Of a stretch of 64,000 nucleotides of DNA, positions 40,929 through 49,743 are shown in pieces. Both the position numbers and the translations under genes were made by a program. The stretch's first letter is position 1. Each line of letters opens with the position of its first letter. This DNA is from Candidatus Latescibacterota bacterium (GTDB lineage: Bacteria > Latescibacterota > UBA2968 > UBA8231). The stretch spans positions 3,904,001 to 3,968,000 of the forward strand of contig OZ242318.1 of the NCBI GenBank assembly GCA_965208105.1, given 5' to 3'. Under the pieces are notes generated by a model. The model worked only from the letters and a program-made list of their open reading frames with translations. It was not told the DNA's origin and ran no database searches.

Positions 40929-41669
40929 ATGGAAAACCCGATTCGCGCATCCCTGGCCCAGGGCCAACCGTCGATTGGCAGCTGGCTCAATCTGGCTTCT
41001 CCCCTCGCCGCCGAGGTTATGGCGGCGGCCGGCTACCCCTGGATCGTGGTGGACGCTGAGCACGCGCCATTCGATCTCGATCTCATTACCCACACCTTCC
41101 GCGCCATCGAGTCGCGGGGGTCCGTTCCCATCGTCCGCACCTGGGACCACGACCCCGTCACCGTAGCCCGCCTCCTGGACGCAGGCGCCTACGGCATCAT
41201 CTTTCCCCATGTAAGCACTCCCGAGCAGGCTGAAATACTCGCCAGGGCGATGCGCTATCCTCCGGCGGGAACGCGTTCTTCGGGGACTGGCCGCTGCGTG
41301 ACCATCTCGCCCGACTACCGCAGCAAGGCCAACGACGAGGTTCTTTGTATCCCGCAGATCGAGGATCTTCAGGGAGTGGACAACGGCGAGGCGATCGCCC
41401 GCGTCGAAGGGGTGGATATCGGGTTTCTGGGCCCCAACGATCTGGCACTCTCCATGGGGGTGGAAGCAGGGCATCCGGACCACGAAGCGGCTCTGCAGCG
41501 TTTTCTCGCCGGCTGTCGGCGGGCGGGCAAGCCATGCGGTCTCCCCGTGCCAGACTCGGCTGGTGTATCCCGGCGCCTCCAGGAAGGTTTTCAGTTTATC
41601 GATCTGGGGAACGACCTGCGGTTTCTGGAAGGGGTAGCCAAAAAACAACTCGAAGACGTTCAACAATAG
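40929..41669 (+). CDS. HpcH/HpaI aldolase family
   Basis: VDAEH, LLDAGAYG, YPPAGTR, QIE, GPNDL. Confidence 0.9.
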   Translation: MENPIRASLAQGQPSIGSWLNLASPLAAEVMAAAGYPWIVVDAEHAPFDLDLITHTFRAIESRGSVPIVRTWDHDPVTVARLLDAGAYGIIFPHVSTPEQAEILARAMRYPPAGTRSSGTGRCVTISPDYRSKANDEVLCIPQIEDLQGVDNGEAIARVEGVDIGFLGPNDLALSMGVEAGHPDHEAALQRFLAGCRRAGKPCGLPVPDSAGVSRRLQEGFQFIDLGNDLRFLEGVAKKQLEDVQQ

Positions 41670-41696
41670 GCGGGGGAAGTTCGGTCCGGCGGGATA

Positions 41697-41863
41697 CTAG
41701 TGCCTGCTTGCGTAATTCCGCGTGAATTCGGCCGCCGCTGCATCCCGGCTCGCGGCGTTGCCCTCCCTCGCCGTACACTCCAGGTACGACTCGCTCAGGC
41801 GCCTTGCGAGCCGGGCGCTTCTGCGCCCTCGTTCGTACGCTTAATTACGCAAGCAGGCACTAG
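41697..41863. mobile_element. 167-bp MITE (family B)
   Basis: Perfect 21-bp TIR CTAGTGCCTGCTTGCGTAATT / AATTACGCAAGCAGGCACTAG. Confidence 0.9.
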
Positions 41864-42068
41864 CTCCGCGGTGTTGGAGCTGATTCCAGGCTCCGGGCAA
41901 GAAGGCCGGTGGGATATATTTTCCTTTGCGCCCAGGCACCGGCATGCCGGTTGCCGTCCAGGATGCTTGCGGTGGAATATCGAGAACGAGTGAACGCGGA
42001 TTCCCCCTCACATGTCTTGCCGCCATCTCTCTCTCTCCATATATTCATCAGGGAAAAAGGAGACTAGT

Positions 42069-42323
42069 GTGCCAATCCTGAAATCTTCGAAAAAACGCTT
42101 GCGTACCAACCTCAAGGCGCGGATGAGAAACAAGGCCATTCGCACGCGGATGCGCACCGCAATCAAGGCCGTGCGCCAGGCTGAGGACCAAGCCAGTGCC
42201 CAGGAAGCCCTGCAGCTCGCATTCTCCAAGATAGACAAGTCCGCCAAGCACAACGTCATCCACAGGAATATGGCAGCGCGCTACAAGTCGCGTCTTGCCC
42301 GTTATGCCCAGGGCTTGTCCTGA
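42069..42323 (+). CDS. rpsT: 30S ribosomal protein S20
   Basis: GTG start after AGGAG; KSSKKRLR...RNKAIRTRMRTAIK...IHRNMAARYKSRL. Confidence 0.95.
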   Translation: MPILKSSKKRLRTNLKARMRNKAIRTRMRTAIKAVRQAEDQASAQEALQLAFSKIDKSAKHNVIHRNMAARYKSRLARYAQGLS

Positions 42324-42461
42324 CCTGTCTCCAGTTTTTTTAGAAGAAGCCGCTTCAGCTCGGAACGAAATCCAGGGGGATGCTTTTGGACCGGGCAAGT
42401 TGGATGAACTTGAGATGGATTCAGGGATTTGCGGGGGCAAGTGGATTTTTGTGGGGAAGCA

Positions 42462-43379
42462 TCACTCGTACACCCGGGTACTCAGGTAGCGCTGTCCGCT
42501 GTCGCAAAGGATGGTGACTACCTTTTTACCGGGACCTAGCTCGCGCGCCACCTCTGCGGCCTTGTGGGCATTGGCGCCAGCCGAAATGCCTACCAGCAGC
42601 CCCTCCTCGCGCGCCAGGCGACGAGCCATCTCGTAGGCATCGTCGTCGCTTATGGTGCGCACTTCGTCGAATATCCCGCTGTTCAGAACCTCGGGCACGA
42701 AACCGGCGCCCAATCCTTCTATGTAGCTGAATCCAGGGTTGCCGCCGGAGAGGACCGCGGAGCCTTCGGGCTCTACGGCTATGATGCGTACCCGGGGGAG
42801 GGCATCCTTGACGATTTCGCCCACTCCGGTGATCGATCCTCCCGTCCCGACCCCTGCCACGAGGGCATCGATCTCTCCGTCCATTTGGGAGAGAACTTCC
42901 CGGCCGGTGGTGCGGCGGTGGATCTCCGGGTTGGCGGGATTGATGAATTGCTGGGGCAGGAAGTAGTCGGGGTTTTTCGCCTTTAGTTCAAGCGCCTTCT
43001 CAATGGCTCCCCGCATACCATCGGCTGACGAAGTCAGCACAACCTCGGCACCATAGGCCTGGATCTGCATGCGCCGCTCCCGGCTGGCAGTATCGAACAT
43101 GGTGATGATGAGGCGGTATCCCTTCACTGCCGCCACCATGGCGAGGCCTATTCCGGTATTGCCGCTGGTCGGTTCGACGATGGTTCCTCCCGGCCGCAGA
43201 ACCCCCGCCTCCTCCGCGGCCTCGATCATGGCCAGAGCGATCCGGTCCTTGACACTGCCTGCCGGGTTGGCGGACTCCAGCTTTGCCCAGACCTCGGCCG
43301 CCGGTTCTCCCACTACCTGATTCAGGCGTACGATGGGGGTAGCTCCAACCAGTTCCAGCACATTATTAGCTTTCTTCAA
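42462..43379 (-). CDS. cysK: Cysteine synthase A
   Basis: NPAGSVKDR, EPTSGNTG, QQFINPAN, GVGTGG, GLGAGFVP. Confidence 0.9.
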   Translation of the reverse strand: MKKANNVLELVGATPIVRLNQVVGEPAAEVWAKLESANPAGSVKDRIALAMIEAAEEAGVLRPGGTIVEPTSGNTGIGLAMVAAVKGYRLIITMFDTASRERRMQIQAYGAEVVLTSSADGMRGAIEKALELKAKNPDYFLPQQFINPANPEIHRRTTGREVLSQMDGEIDALVAGVGTGGSITGVGEIVKDALPRVRIIAVEPEGSAVLSGGNPGFSYIEGLGAGFVPEVLNSGIFDEVRTISDDDAYEMARRLAREEGLLVGISAGANAHKAAEVARELGPGKKVVTILCDSGQRYLSTRVYE

Positions 43380-43397
43380 TGGAGCCCCACCTCCACC

Positions 43398-43685
43398 CTA
43401 CCCTCGCAGGCAGCCGCCTGCAATAGCCGGCACGATGGTGAGACTGTCCCCTTCCCGCAGCTCCGTACCCGCGCCTTCGAGAAAGCGGATGTCCTCGTCG
43501 TTGACGTAGATGTTGACGTAGCGCCTGATTTCACCGGCCTCGTCGACCAGCTTGTCCTTCATGCCGCTGTAGGCCAGGTTCAGATTTTCCACCAATTCGC
43601 CCACCGAACCGGCTTCGACCTCGACCTCGGCCTGGTTGTCGGTCAGCTTGCGCAAAGGTGTGGGAATATGGACGGTAACGGGCAT
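43398..43685 (-). CDS. MoaD/ThiS-family sulfur carrier (CysO-like)
   Basis: MPVTVHIPTPLR...VNIYVNDEDIRF...PAIAGG plus a CLRG extension. Confidence 0.85.
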   Translation of the reverse strand: MPVTVHIPTPLRKLTDNQAEVEVEAGSVGELVENLNLAYSGMKDKLVDEAGEIRRYVNIYVNDEDIRFLEGAGTELREGDSLTIVPAIAGGCLRG

Positions 43686-43843
43686 TTTTATCCTCCTGTG
43701 TTTGACTATGGATGAAACATTTTGAATGAAATTATAAATACCCCTCAGGCTGAGGACCACCCCGCTATTGCCGGGATGGAAGATGCCACGGGCCGGAATG
43801 AGAAGTCGGTTCACGGCCTCTCCGACTGCAGGGAATATTGAGC

Positions 43844-44311
43844 TCAGCCTATGATTTGGAGGCCGGTTTCGGCAAAATCCCGCGAGGATTCAACCCAGCC
43901 AAAGCACTTGTAGCCGATAATTTTTCTGTCGCAGACCGAGATGACCAGGTAGATTGCATCGGCGTAGGCTGGCTCATCCCATACCATGGCGCGCTCCCTG
44001 TCTTCCTCGGAGAAATAGGCGTCGCAGTCGATGTGGGAATGGTAGAAACCGGATATCCGACCTCCGGACTTTTCCGCGGAGGAGCCAACCTCGTAGAGTT
44101 CCTGGGGATCAATGCAGTACGCCGTACTCGAGTCTCGGGGGTAGCTTTCCGGGTCCTGTCGGTGGAGATGATCCTGGATATTCCTGCAAGGGTGGATCTT
44201 CGAAACTGATTCACCGGCGCCAACTGTGAGGATGCCGCAGCACTCCGAGGGGTATTCCCCGAGGGCATGGGCATATATCTGGTCGAGATCAGCTCTTTTT
44301 ATTTTCAGCAA
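43844..44311 (-). CDS. JAMM/M67 metallopeptidase (Mec-like)
   Basis: YPSECCG and YHSH...FSEED JAMM motif. Confidence 0.9.
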   Translation of the reverse strand: MLKIKRADLDQIYAHALGEYPSECCGILTVGAGESVSKIHPCRNIQDHLHRQDPESYPRDSSTAYCIDPQELYEVGSSAEKSGGRISGFYHSHIDCDAYFSEEDRERAMVWDEPAYADAIYLVISVCDRKIIGYKCFGWVESSRDFAETGLQIIG

Positions 44312-44326
44312 CGGGCACCTCGGCTT

Positions 44327-45270
44327 TCAAATCGTGCCATTCAAGGATGTGCGCCACATCGGGGTGCTCATGTACTTGTCTCCGCCGTCGCAAAAAATGG
44401 TTGCCACGACCCCTTCGTCCAGCTCTTTGGCCACCTCGATGGCGGCCCAATAGGCCGCGCCGGAGGATTGTCCCACCAGTACTCCGGTCTCCCGCGGCAG
44501 CCGCAGGGTCGTGTCGTAGGCGACTTCGGTGTCAACCGTGATCTTGTGATCGAGAAAACTCTCGCTATAGATTTCCGGAACGATGGAACTCTCCATGTGC
44601 TTGAGGCCTTCGATGCCGTGAAAGGAGGTGGGTTCGACGGCGATGACCTCGATGTCCGGGTTCAAGGCTTTCAAGCCTCGGCCAGTGCCCATGACCGTGC
44701 CGCTGGTCCCGATAGTGGCGACAAAGTGGGTAACGCGCCCCTGAGTTTGCTTCCAGATCTCAGGCGCCGTGGTATCGCGGTGGGCTTTCCAGTTGGAAGG
44801 ATTGTTGTATTGGTCGGGTTTGAAGTAGAGGCCGGGGTTTTCCTCGTAGATTCGGCGAGCCTCGAGAATGGCCCCGTCGGACAATTCCCCCGGGTCGGTG
44901 AAGATGACCTCCGCCCCGTAGGCAGCCAGAACCGCCTTGCGCTCCTGGCTGACATTGGCCGGCATCGCCAGCCTCACGCGATACCCTTTGGCCGCCCCGA
45001 TCATTGCGTAGGCGATTCCCGTATTGCCGGAAGTGGAGTCCAGGATGATCTTGCCCGGGCGCAATTTCCCGCTGCGCTCACCGTCTTCGATCATCCGGCG
45101 CGCCGGTCGGTCCTTCACCGAGCCGCCCGGGTTGAAGAATTCAAGCTTGGCATAGACCTCGACCCTGGAGGGCAATGCCGGATCGCGCAGGCGCAACAAC
45201 GGTGTGTTGCGATCGCTTCGATGAGGGATCGACCCGATTGTATGCAGGATCGTCCCGTCTGGGCAGCCAA
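44327..45270 (-). CDS. CysM-like PLP cysteine synthase with an apparent 1-nt frameshift near the 5' end
   Basis: NPGGSVKDR, DSTSGNTG, DQYNN, GTSGT. The RBS-preceded TTG at 45270 reads ...SLIEAI, out of frame with NTPLLRL. Confidence 0.8.
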
Positions 45271-45439
45271 ATTCAGACCTCTCCTATTCGCAGTGCGGCC
45301 CTCCTTTCCCCTGCGGCTCTTCGCTCCCTCCCGAGGTTCTTCGAGTTTGGTTCAGACCGTGTTCCGCGGCGCTTCCGACAGCCACCCGCCCCGGCGGGGC
45401 CAATTCTCTCAACCGCCTGCAAAATCATCAAGTTCCACC

Positions 45440-45517
45440 AATATATTCCCCCCCCAAAGCACTGTCAAGCGAGGTCCCCGGGCACTGCTTGACATTCCGC
45501 GGGCAAGGATTTATTTT
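45440..45517. promoter_or_regulatory. Divergent sigma70 promoters (cys cluster / aspS)
   Basis: Minus: TTGACA(45463-68)-17-TATATT. Plus: TTGACA(45489-94)-17-TATTTT. Confidence 0.65.
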
Positions 45518-45581
45518 CTCAGGTCTTTCTTTAGAGTTCCTCTGAAACTTCAACCCGACCCTCAGCATTCAGCACCACCTC

Positions 45582-47369
45582 ATGCCCACTCTTATCGAAC
45601 CATTGGGCGACTGGCAGCGCAGCCACGACTGCGGTTCCCTGGACGACACCCAAATCGGCGCAAATGTCACCCTCATGGGTTGGGCTTCGCGCCGGCGCGA
45701 CCACGGCGGGGTTATCTTCATAGACCTGCGGGACCGATGCGGCATTACTCAGGTCGTCTTCAATCCTCAGCACAATTCCGCCGCCCACCACAAGGCCGAG
45801 AGCCTGCGCAACGAATCGGTTCTGGCGGTGCAGGGGGTCGTGGAGGCCCGGCCGGAGGGCATGGTCAACCCCAGAATCAAAACGGGGACCATCGAGGTCA
45901 ACTGCCACGCCGTCCGCGTCCTCAACATCTCCCAGGCCCCGCCCTTTCTTCCGGACGACTCTCTCGACGTTGGAGAAGAGACCCGCCTCAAATACCGCTA
46001 TCTCGACCTGCGGCGACCCCACATGCAGCGCAACCTGCTTTTGCGCCACCGTGCCTACCAGGTTACCCGAAAGCTCTTCGACAGTCTGAACTTCATCGAA
46101 ATAGAGACCCCCTTCCTGACCAGAAGTACCCCTGAAGGCGCGCGAGACTACCTGGTCCCGAGCCGGGTCCACGCCGGACAATTCTTCGCGCTTCCCCAGT
46201 CCCCCCAGACCTACAAACAACTCCTCATGATGTCCGGATTCGACCGTTACTTTCAGATCGTCAAGTGCTTCCGGGACGAGGACCTGCGGGCTGACCGCCA
46301 GCCTGAATTCACCCAGATAGACGTGGAGATGTCCTTCGTCGGCGAAGACGATGTCATGGGGGTTTCGGAGCAGGTCACTCGCGCCTTGTTCAGGGAGGTA
46401 GGTGGTGTGGATCTTCCCGATCCCTTTCCTCGCCTTTCCCACAAGGAGGCCATGGAGCGCTATGGGACGGACAAGCCGGACCTGCGCTTTGGTCTCGAAC
46501 TGCGCGATATGGCCGAAGCGGCGCGCGGGTCGGAGTTCGAGGTCTTTCGCTCCGCGATTGAAAGTGGCGGCCAGGTAAAGGGTATCAACGTCAGGGGCCG
46601 CGGAGATTTGCCGAGGAGCCAGATCGATCAGCTTATCGCCTTCGCCCGGCAGGCGGGGGCGAAGGGGTTGAGCTGGATCAAACACACGGAAAGGGGACTT
46701 GAATCCTCCATTGTAAAGTTCTTCCCCGAGCCGGCAAGGCAGCTTCTGATCGCTGGACTGGACTCGAAGCCAGGAGATTTATTGCTCTTCGTGGCCGACC
46801 GGGCCGAAGAGACCGCCAGGATCCTCAGCGCCTTGCGGCTCGAGCTGGGACGCCGCCTCGACCTGATCGACTCCCGCATGTGGCGGCCGCTCTGGGTTAC
46901 CGAATTTCCTTTGCTGGAACGCGATCCCGAGGCCGATCGTTTTGCCGCAGTACACCACCCGTTCACCGCGCCCATGGAGGAAGATATCCCTCTTCTCGAA
47001 ACCGATCCCGGTTCCGCCCGCGCCCGCGCCTATGATCTGGTCCTCAACGGCAACGAGATCGCCGGCGGCAGTATTCGCATCTTCCAGCGTCCGACTCAAA
47101 GCCGGATTTTCGAATTGCTGGCCATCGAGGCGGAGGAAGCCACCCGGAAATTCGGATTTCTTCTCGAGGCCCTCGACTACGGTGCCCCGCCCCATGGCGG
47201 AATAGCTTTCGGCTTTGACCGGCTCGTCGCTTTGCTGGCGGGAGAGGACTCTATTCGCGAGGTAATCGCCTTTCCCAAGACCAATAAAGCCGCGGGGTTG
47301 ATGGAAAGCGCTCCCGCCTCCGCCGACGCCGCCCAACTGCGCGAATTGAGCCTTGTCGTACCCCCCTGA
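45582..47369 (+). CDS. aspS: Aspartyl-tRNA synthetase, probably non-discriminating
   Basis: RRDHGG (His typical of ND-AspRS), PEGARDY, FRDEDLRADRQPEFTQ, GAPPHGGIAFG. Confidence 0.95.
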   Translation: MPTLIEPLGDWQRSHDCGSLDDTQIGANVTLMGWASRRRDHGGVIFIDLRDRCGITQVVFNPQHNSAAHHKAESLRNESVLAVQGVVEARPEGMVNPRIKTGTIEVNCHAVRVLNISQAPPFLPDDSLDVGEETRLKYRYLDLRRPHMQRNLLLRHRAYQVTRKLFDSLNFIEIETPFLTRSTPEGARDYLVPSRVHAGQFFALPQSPQTYKQLLMMSGFDRYFQIVKCFRDEDLRADRQPEFTQIDVEMSFVGEDDVMGVSEQVTRALFREVGGVDLPDPFPRLSHKEAMERYGTDKPDLRFGLELRDMAEAARGSEFEVFRSAIESGGQVKGINVRGRGDLPRSQIDQLIAFARQAGAKGLSWIKHTERGLESSIVKFFPEPARQLLIAGLDSKPGDLLLFVADRAEETARILSALRLELGRRLDLIDSRMWRPLWVTEFPLLERDPEADRFAAVHHPFTAPMEEDIPLLETDPGSARARAYDLVLNGNEIAGGSIRIFQRPTQSRIFELLAIEAEEATRKFGFLLEALDYGAPPHGGIAFGFDRLVALLAGEDSIREVIAFPKTNKAAGLMESAPASADAAQLRELSLVVPP

Positions 47370-47495
47370 ATGGAGGTCTGTAACTCTTTGTAAGGACAGT
47401 AATTTTCACTTGACATCCAACCTTGGGAATATTACTTTTTGACGGTATTGCACTGCTGAAACAAATTCTCTTTCTCTGCCGGAGGTAACCCTTTA

Positions 47496-47780
47496 ATGAG
47501 CCGTTGTTTTTCCCTCATCGCAAAATTTCAGGCAGTTGGGCTTGTGGCAGCATTCTCTTTTGCTCTTTTGTCCGGATGTGCCGGAGTGCCGTCCAAAGAG
47601 GAAATGAGCATGCTGGAAGAGAAACGGCAAGCCGTGGAAAAAGCCGAAAATACTGTTGCGGAACGCAAGGCCGAGAAAGCGCAACTGGAGAAGAAGGTGG
47701 CCGAAAAGAAGGCCGCCCTCGAGGAGGCCAAGGCAAAGAACGAAGCCACCAAGGCGGCCCTCGCCGCGCGTTCCGAGTAA
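47496..47780 (+). CDS. Small coiled-coil lipoprotein
   Basis: Lipobox LSGC followed by a Lys/Ala/Glu coiled coil; TTGACA upstream at 47409. Confidence 0.8.
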   Translation: MSRCFSLIAKFQAVGLVAAFSFALLSGCAGVPSKEEMSMLEEKRQAVEKAENTVAERKAEKAQLEKKVAEKKAALEEAKAKNEATKAALAARSE

Positions 47781-47825
47781 GTTTGGAGAAGTTGAGATTC
47801 TCTTTAGAGAAAGGTCATTTTAATA

Positions 47826-48662
47826 ATGATTGGGAAATATATTTCGGGTGCCTGGGTTCTCTCCCTTTTCATCCTGGCCTCGGGTGTAGATTCGGTCGCC
47901 GAGCAGAAATTGACATGTGTTCAATATCTTGCCGAAGTAGCCAGGTTGACCGAAGCCGATGCCGCGGCTTGGGAGGAGATCAGCAGGTTGGATGCCGACA
48001 TAGCCTCTCTGCAGGAGGAACTCGACTCGCTGAAAGCCGAGATTGCGTCGGTCGCTGACGAGACTCTGGGCCTGATTGGCGTGACCATGGGTGGGTTCCA
48101 GGCTACTCAAAAGAGGCTTGGGGATCTTGCTGAAATTCTCCGTGGATTGGCTTCGCTGCCCATTGAAGAACTCTTCAATCAACGAGACCAGCTCGATGCG
48201 ATCGCAGCCGAGATCGCCGCCCTCAAGGCGGACAAAGTTTCTGCTCACCCGGACATTGCGGCGCAGATTCCATCCCTCGTTGATATGGTTACTGAACTCC
48301 AGGCCCAACTGCCTCGCCAGACCGATATAGACTACGTCGTGAACCACGGCGACAACCTGTGGGATATTGCAGGGGCAGAGGATATCTACTCAGATCCCTA
48401 TATGTGGCCGCGGATCTATCGCGCCAACCGGGATCAGATCCGTGACCCCGACCTTATTTTTCCCAAGCAGACCCTGGTAGTTCCTTTTGGAGTAGGAGAA
48501 AATCAGTACTTGGTAACCCGAGGGGATTTCCTTACGAAGATTGCTGCCGACGTCTACAACGATCCCACGAAGTGGCACAGGATTTACAAGGCCAACAAGG
48601 AACAGATTGTTGATCCTGCCATGGTATTCCCCGCCCAGGTCTTTGATATCCCAGACGATTAA
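47826..48662 (+). CDS. Secreted coiled-coil protein with two LysM domains
   Basis: YVVNHGDNLWDIA...WPRIYRAN...PDLIFP and YLVTRGDFLTKIA...WHRIYKAN. Confidence 0.9.
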   Translation: MIGKYISGAWVLSLFILASGVDSVAEQKLTCVQYLAEVARLTEADAAAWEEISRLDADIASLQEELDSLKAEIASVADETLGLIGVTMGGFQATQKRLGDLAEILRGLASLPIEELFNQRDQLDAIAAEIAALKADKVSAHPDIAAQIPSLVDMVTELQAQLPRQTDIDYVVNHGDNLWDIAGAEDIYSDPYMWPRIYRANRDQIRDPDLIFPKQTLVVPFGVGENQYLVTRGDFLTKIAADVYNDPTKWHRIYKANKEQIVDPAMVFPAQVFDIPDD

Positions 48663-48706
48663 GCGCGGGCTCTGCTGTGCAGCGTTGAAATTATCCTGAG
48701 CAAATA

Positions 48707-48752
48707 CAAAAAGGGGTTTGAATCTCCATTGAGAGACTCAAGCCCCTTTTTG
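48707..48752. terminator. Bidirectional-type intrinsic terminator
   Basis: CAAAAAGGGGTTTGA...TCAAGCCCCTTTTTG hairpin with A/T tails. Confidence 0.75.
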
Positions 48753-48774
48753 CATTGATTCCCTTGTATTCCAT

Positions 48775-49743
48775 TTGAAATTCCACAACAGCATACCCAT
48801 TGACAAAGTCGACCTGCTCGCCCTTTTTGGCAGAAACGACCGTAATCTGGCCCTCATTGAGAGTGGCTATGGCGTTTCGTTGGTTGCCCGAGGCGACCAA
48901 CTCCTGCTCAAAGGTCCGGCAGAATCGATTCGCGCCGCCGCCGGGTTGCTCAACTTCCTTATTGATAGACTCCGCAAGGGTGTCTCTATTGAAGAAGAGG
49001 ATCTCAGAAGGCTTATCAAACAGGACCGTCTCTTGAAAGATTCCAGCAATGACCAGGTAGTTGAAACCTACAAGGGCCCGATTAGAGCTCGAACCGATGG
49101 CCAAGCAGCCTACCTCGATGCCATGGAAGCCAAGGAGATAATTTTTGCAATAGGCCCGGCAGGTACCGGGAAGACCTACCTGGCCGTGGCGGCGGCCGTT
49201 GCGGCCCTGAGGCAAAAGCGCGTTTCAAGGCTGGTGCTGGCACGTCCTGCGGTAGAGGCAGGCGAGCGCCTGGGCTTTCTGCCCGGTGCCCTCGAAGAAA
49301 AAGTGCACCCATATCTGCATCCGCTCTACGATGCGCTTCAAAACCTGTTGGAACCCGAGCGACTGCGCAGGTTCCAGGAAATGCAGATAATCGAGATTGT
49401 TCCCTTGGCCTATATGCGGGGCCGAACCCTTGACGACGCGTTTATCATTCTCGATGAGGCCCAGAATACCACTCCCCAGCAGATGAAAATGTTTCTCACC
49501 CGACTCGGCAGCCGTTCCAAGGCGGTCGTAACCGGCGACATTACCCAGACTGATTTACCGCAGGACCAACCTTGCGGTCTGGTCGAGGTTCAGAAGGTGT
49601 TAACCGGTATTGCCAACCTGACCTTTGTATATCTCAGCGAACACGACGTCATTCGCAATCCGCTGGTCCAGCACATCATCAGGGCTTACGATTACTATGA
49701 ACAGGCGCCCTTGCGAATGGATGCCGAAGCCAACGGGCAATGA
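48775..49743 (+). CDS. PhoH-like ATPase (YbeZ)
   Basis: GPAGTGKT, RPAVEAGE, AYMRGRTL, DEAQN. Confidence 0.95.
   Translation: MKFHNSIPIDKVDLLALFGRNDRNLALIESGYGVSLVARGDQLLLKGPAESIRAAAGLLNFLIDRLRKGVSIEEEDLRRLIKQDRLLKDSSNDQVVETYKGPIRARTDGQAAYLDAMEAKEIIFAIGPAGTGKTYLAVAAAVAALRQKRVSRLVLARPAVEAGERLGFLPGALEEKVHPYLHPLYDALQNLLEPERLRRFQEMQIIEIVPLAYMRGRTLDDAFIILDEAQNTTPQQMKMFLTRLGSRSKAVVTGDITQTDLPQDQPCGLVEVQKVLTGIANLTFVYLSEHDVIRNPLVQHIIRAYDYYEQAPLRMDAEANGQ

Noticed and set aside
45285-45435. Possible SAM or other riboswitch in the cys cluster leader
   Set aside because: GC-rich hairpins are present but I could not recognise conserved riboswitch motifs; an Rfam scan is needed.
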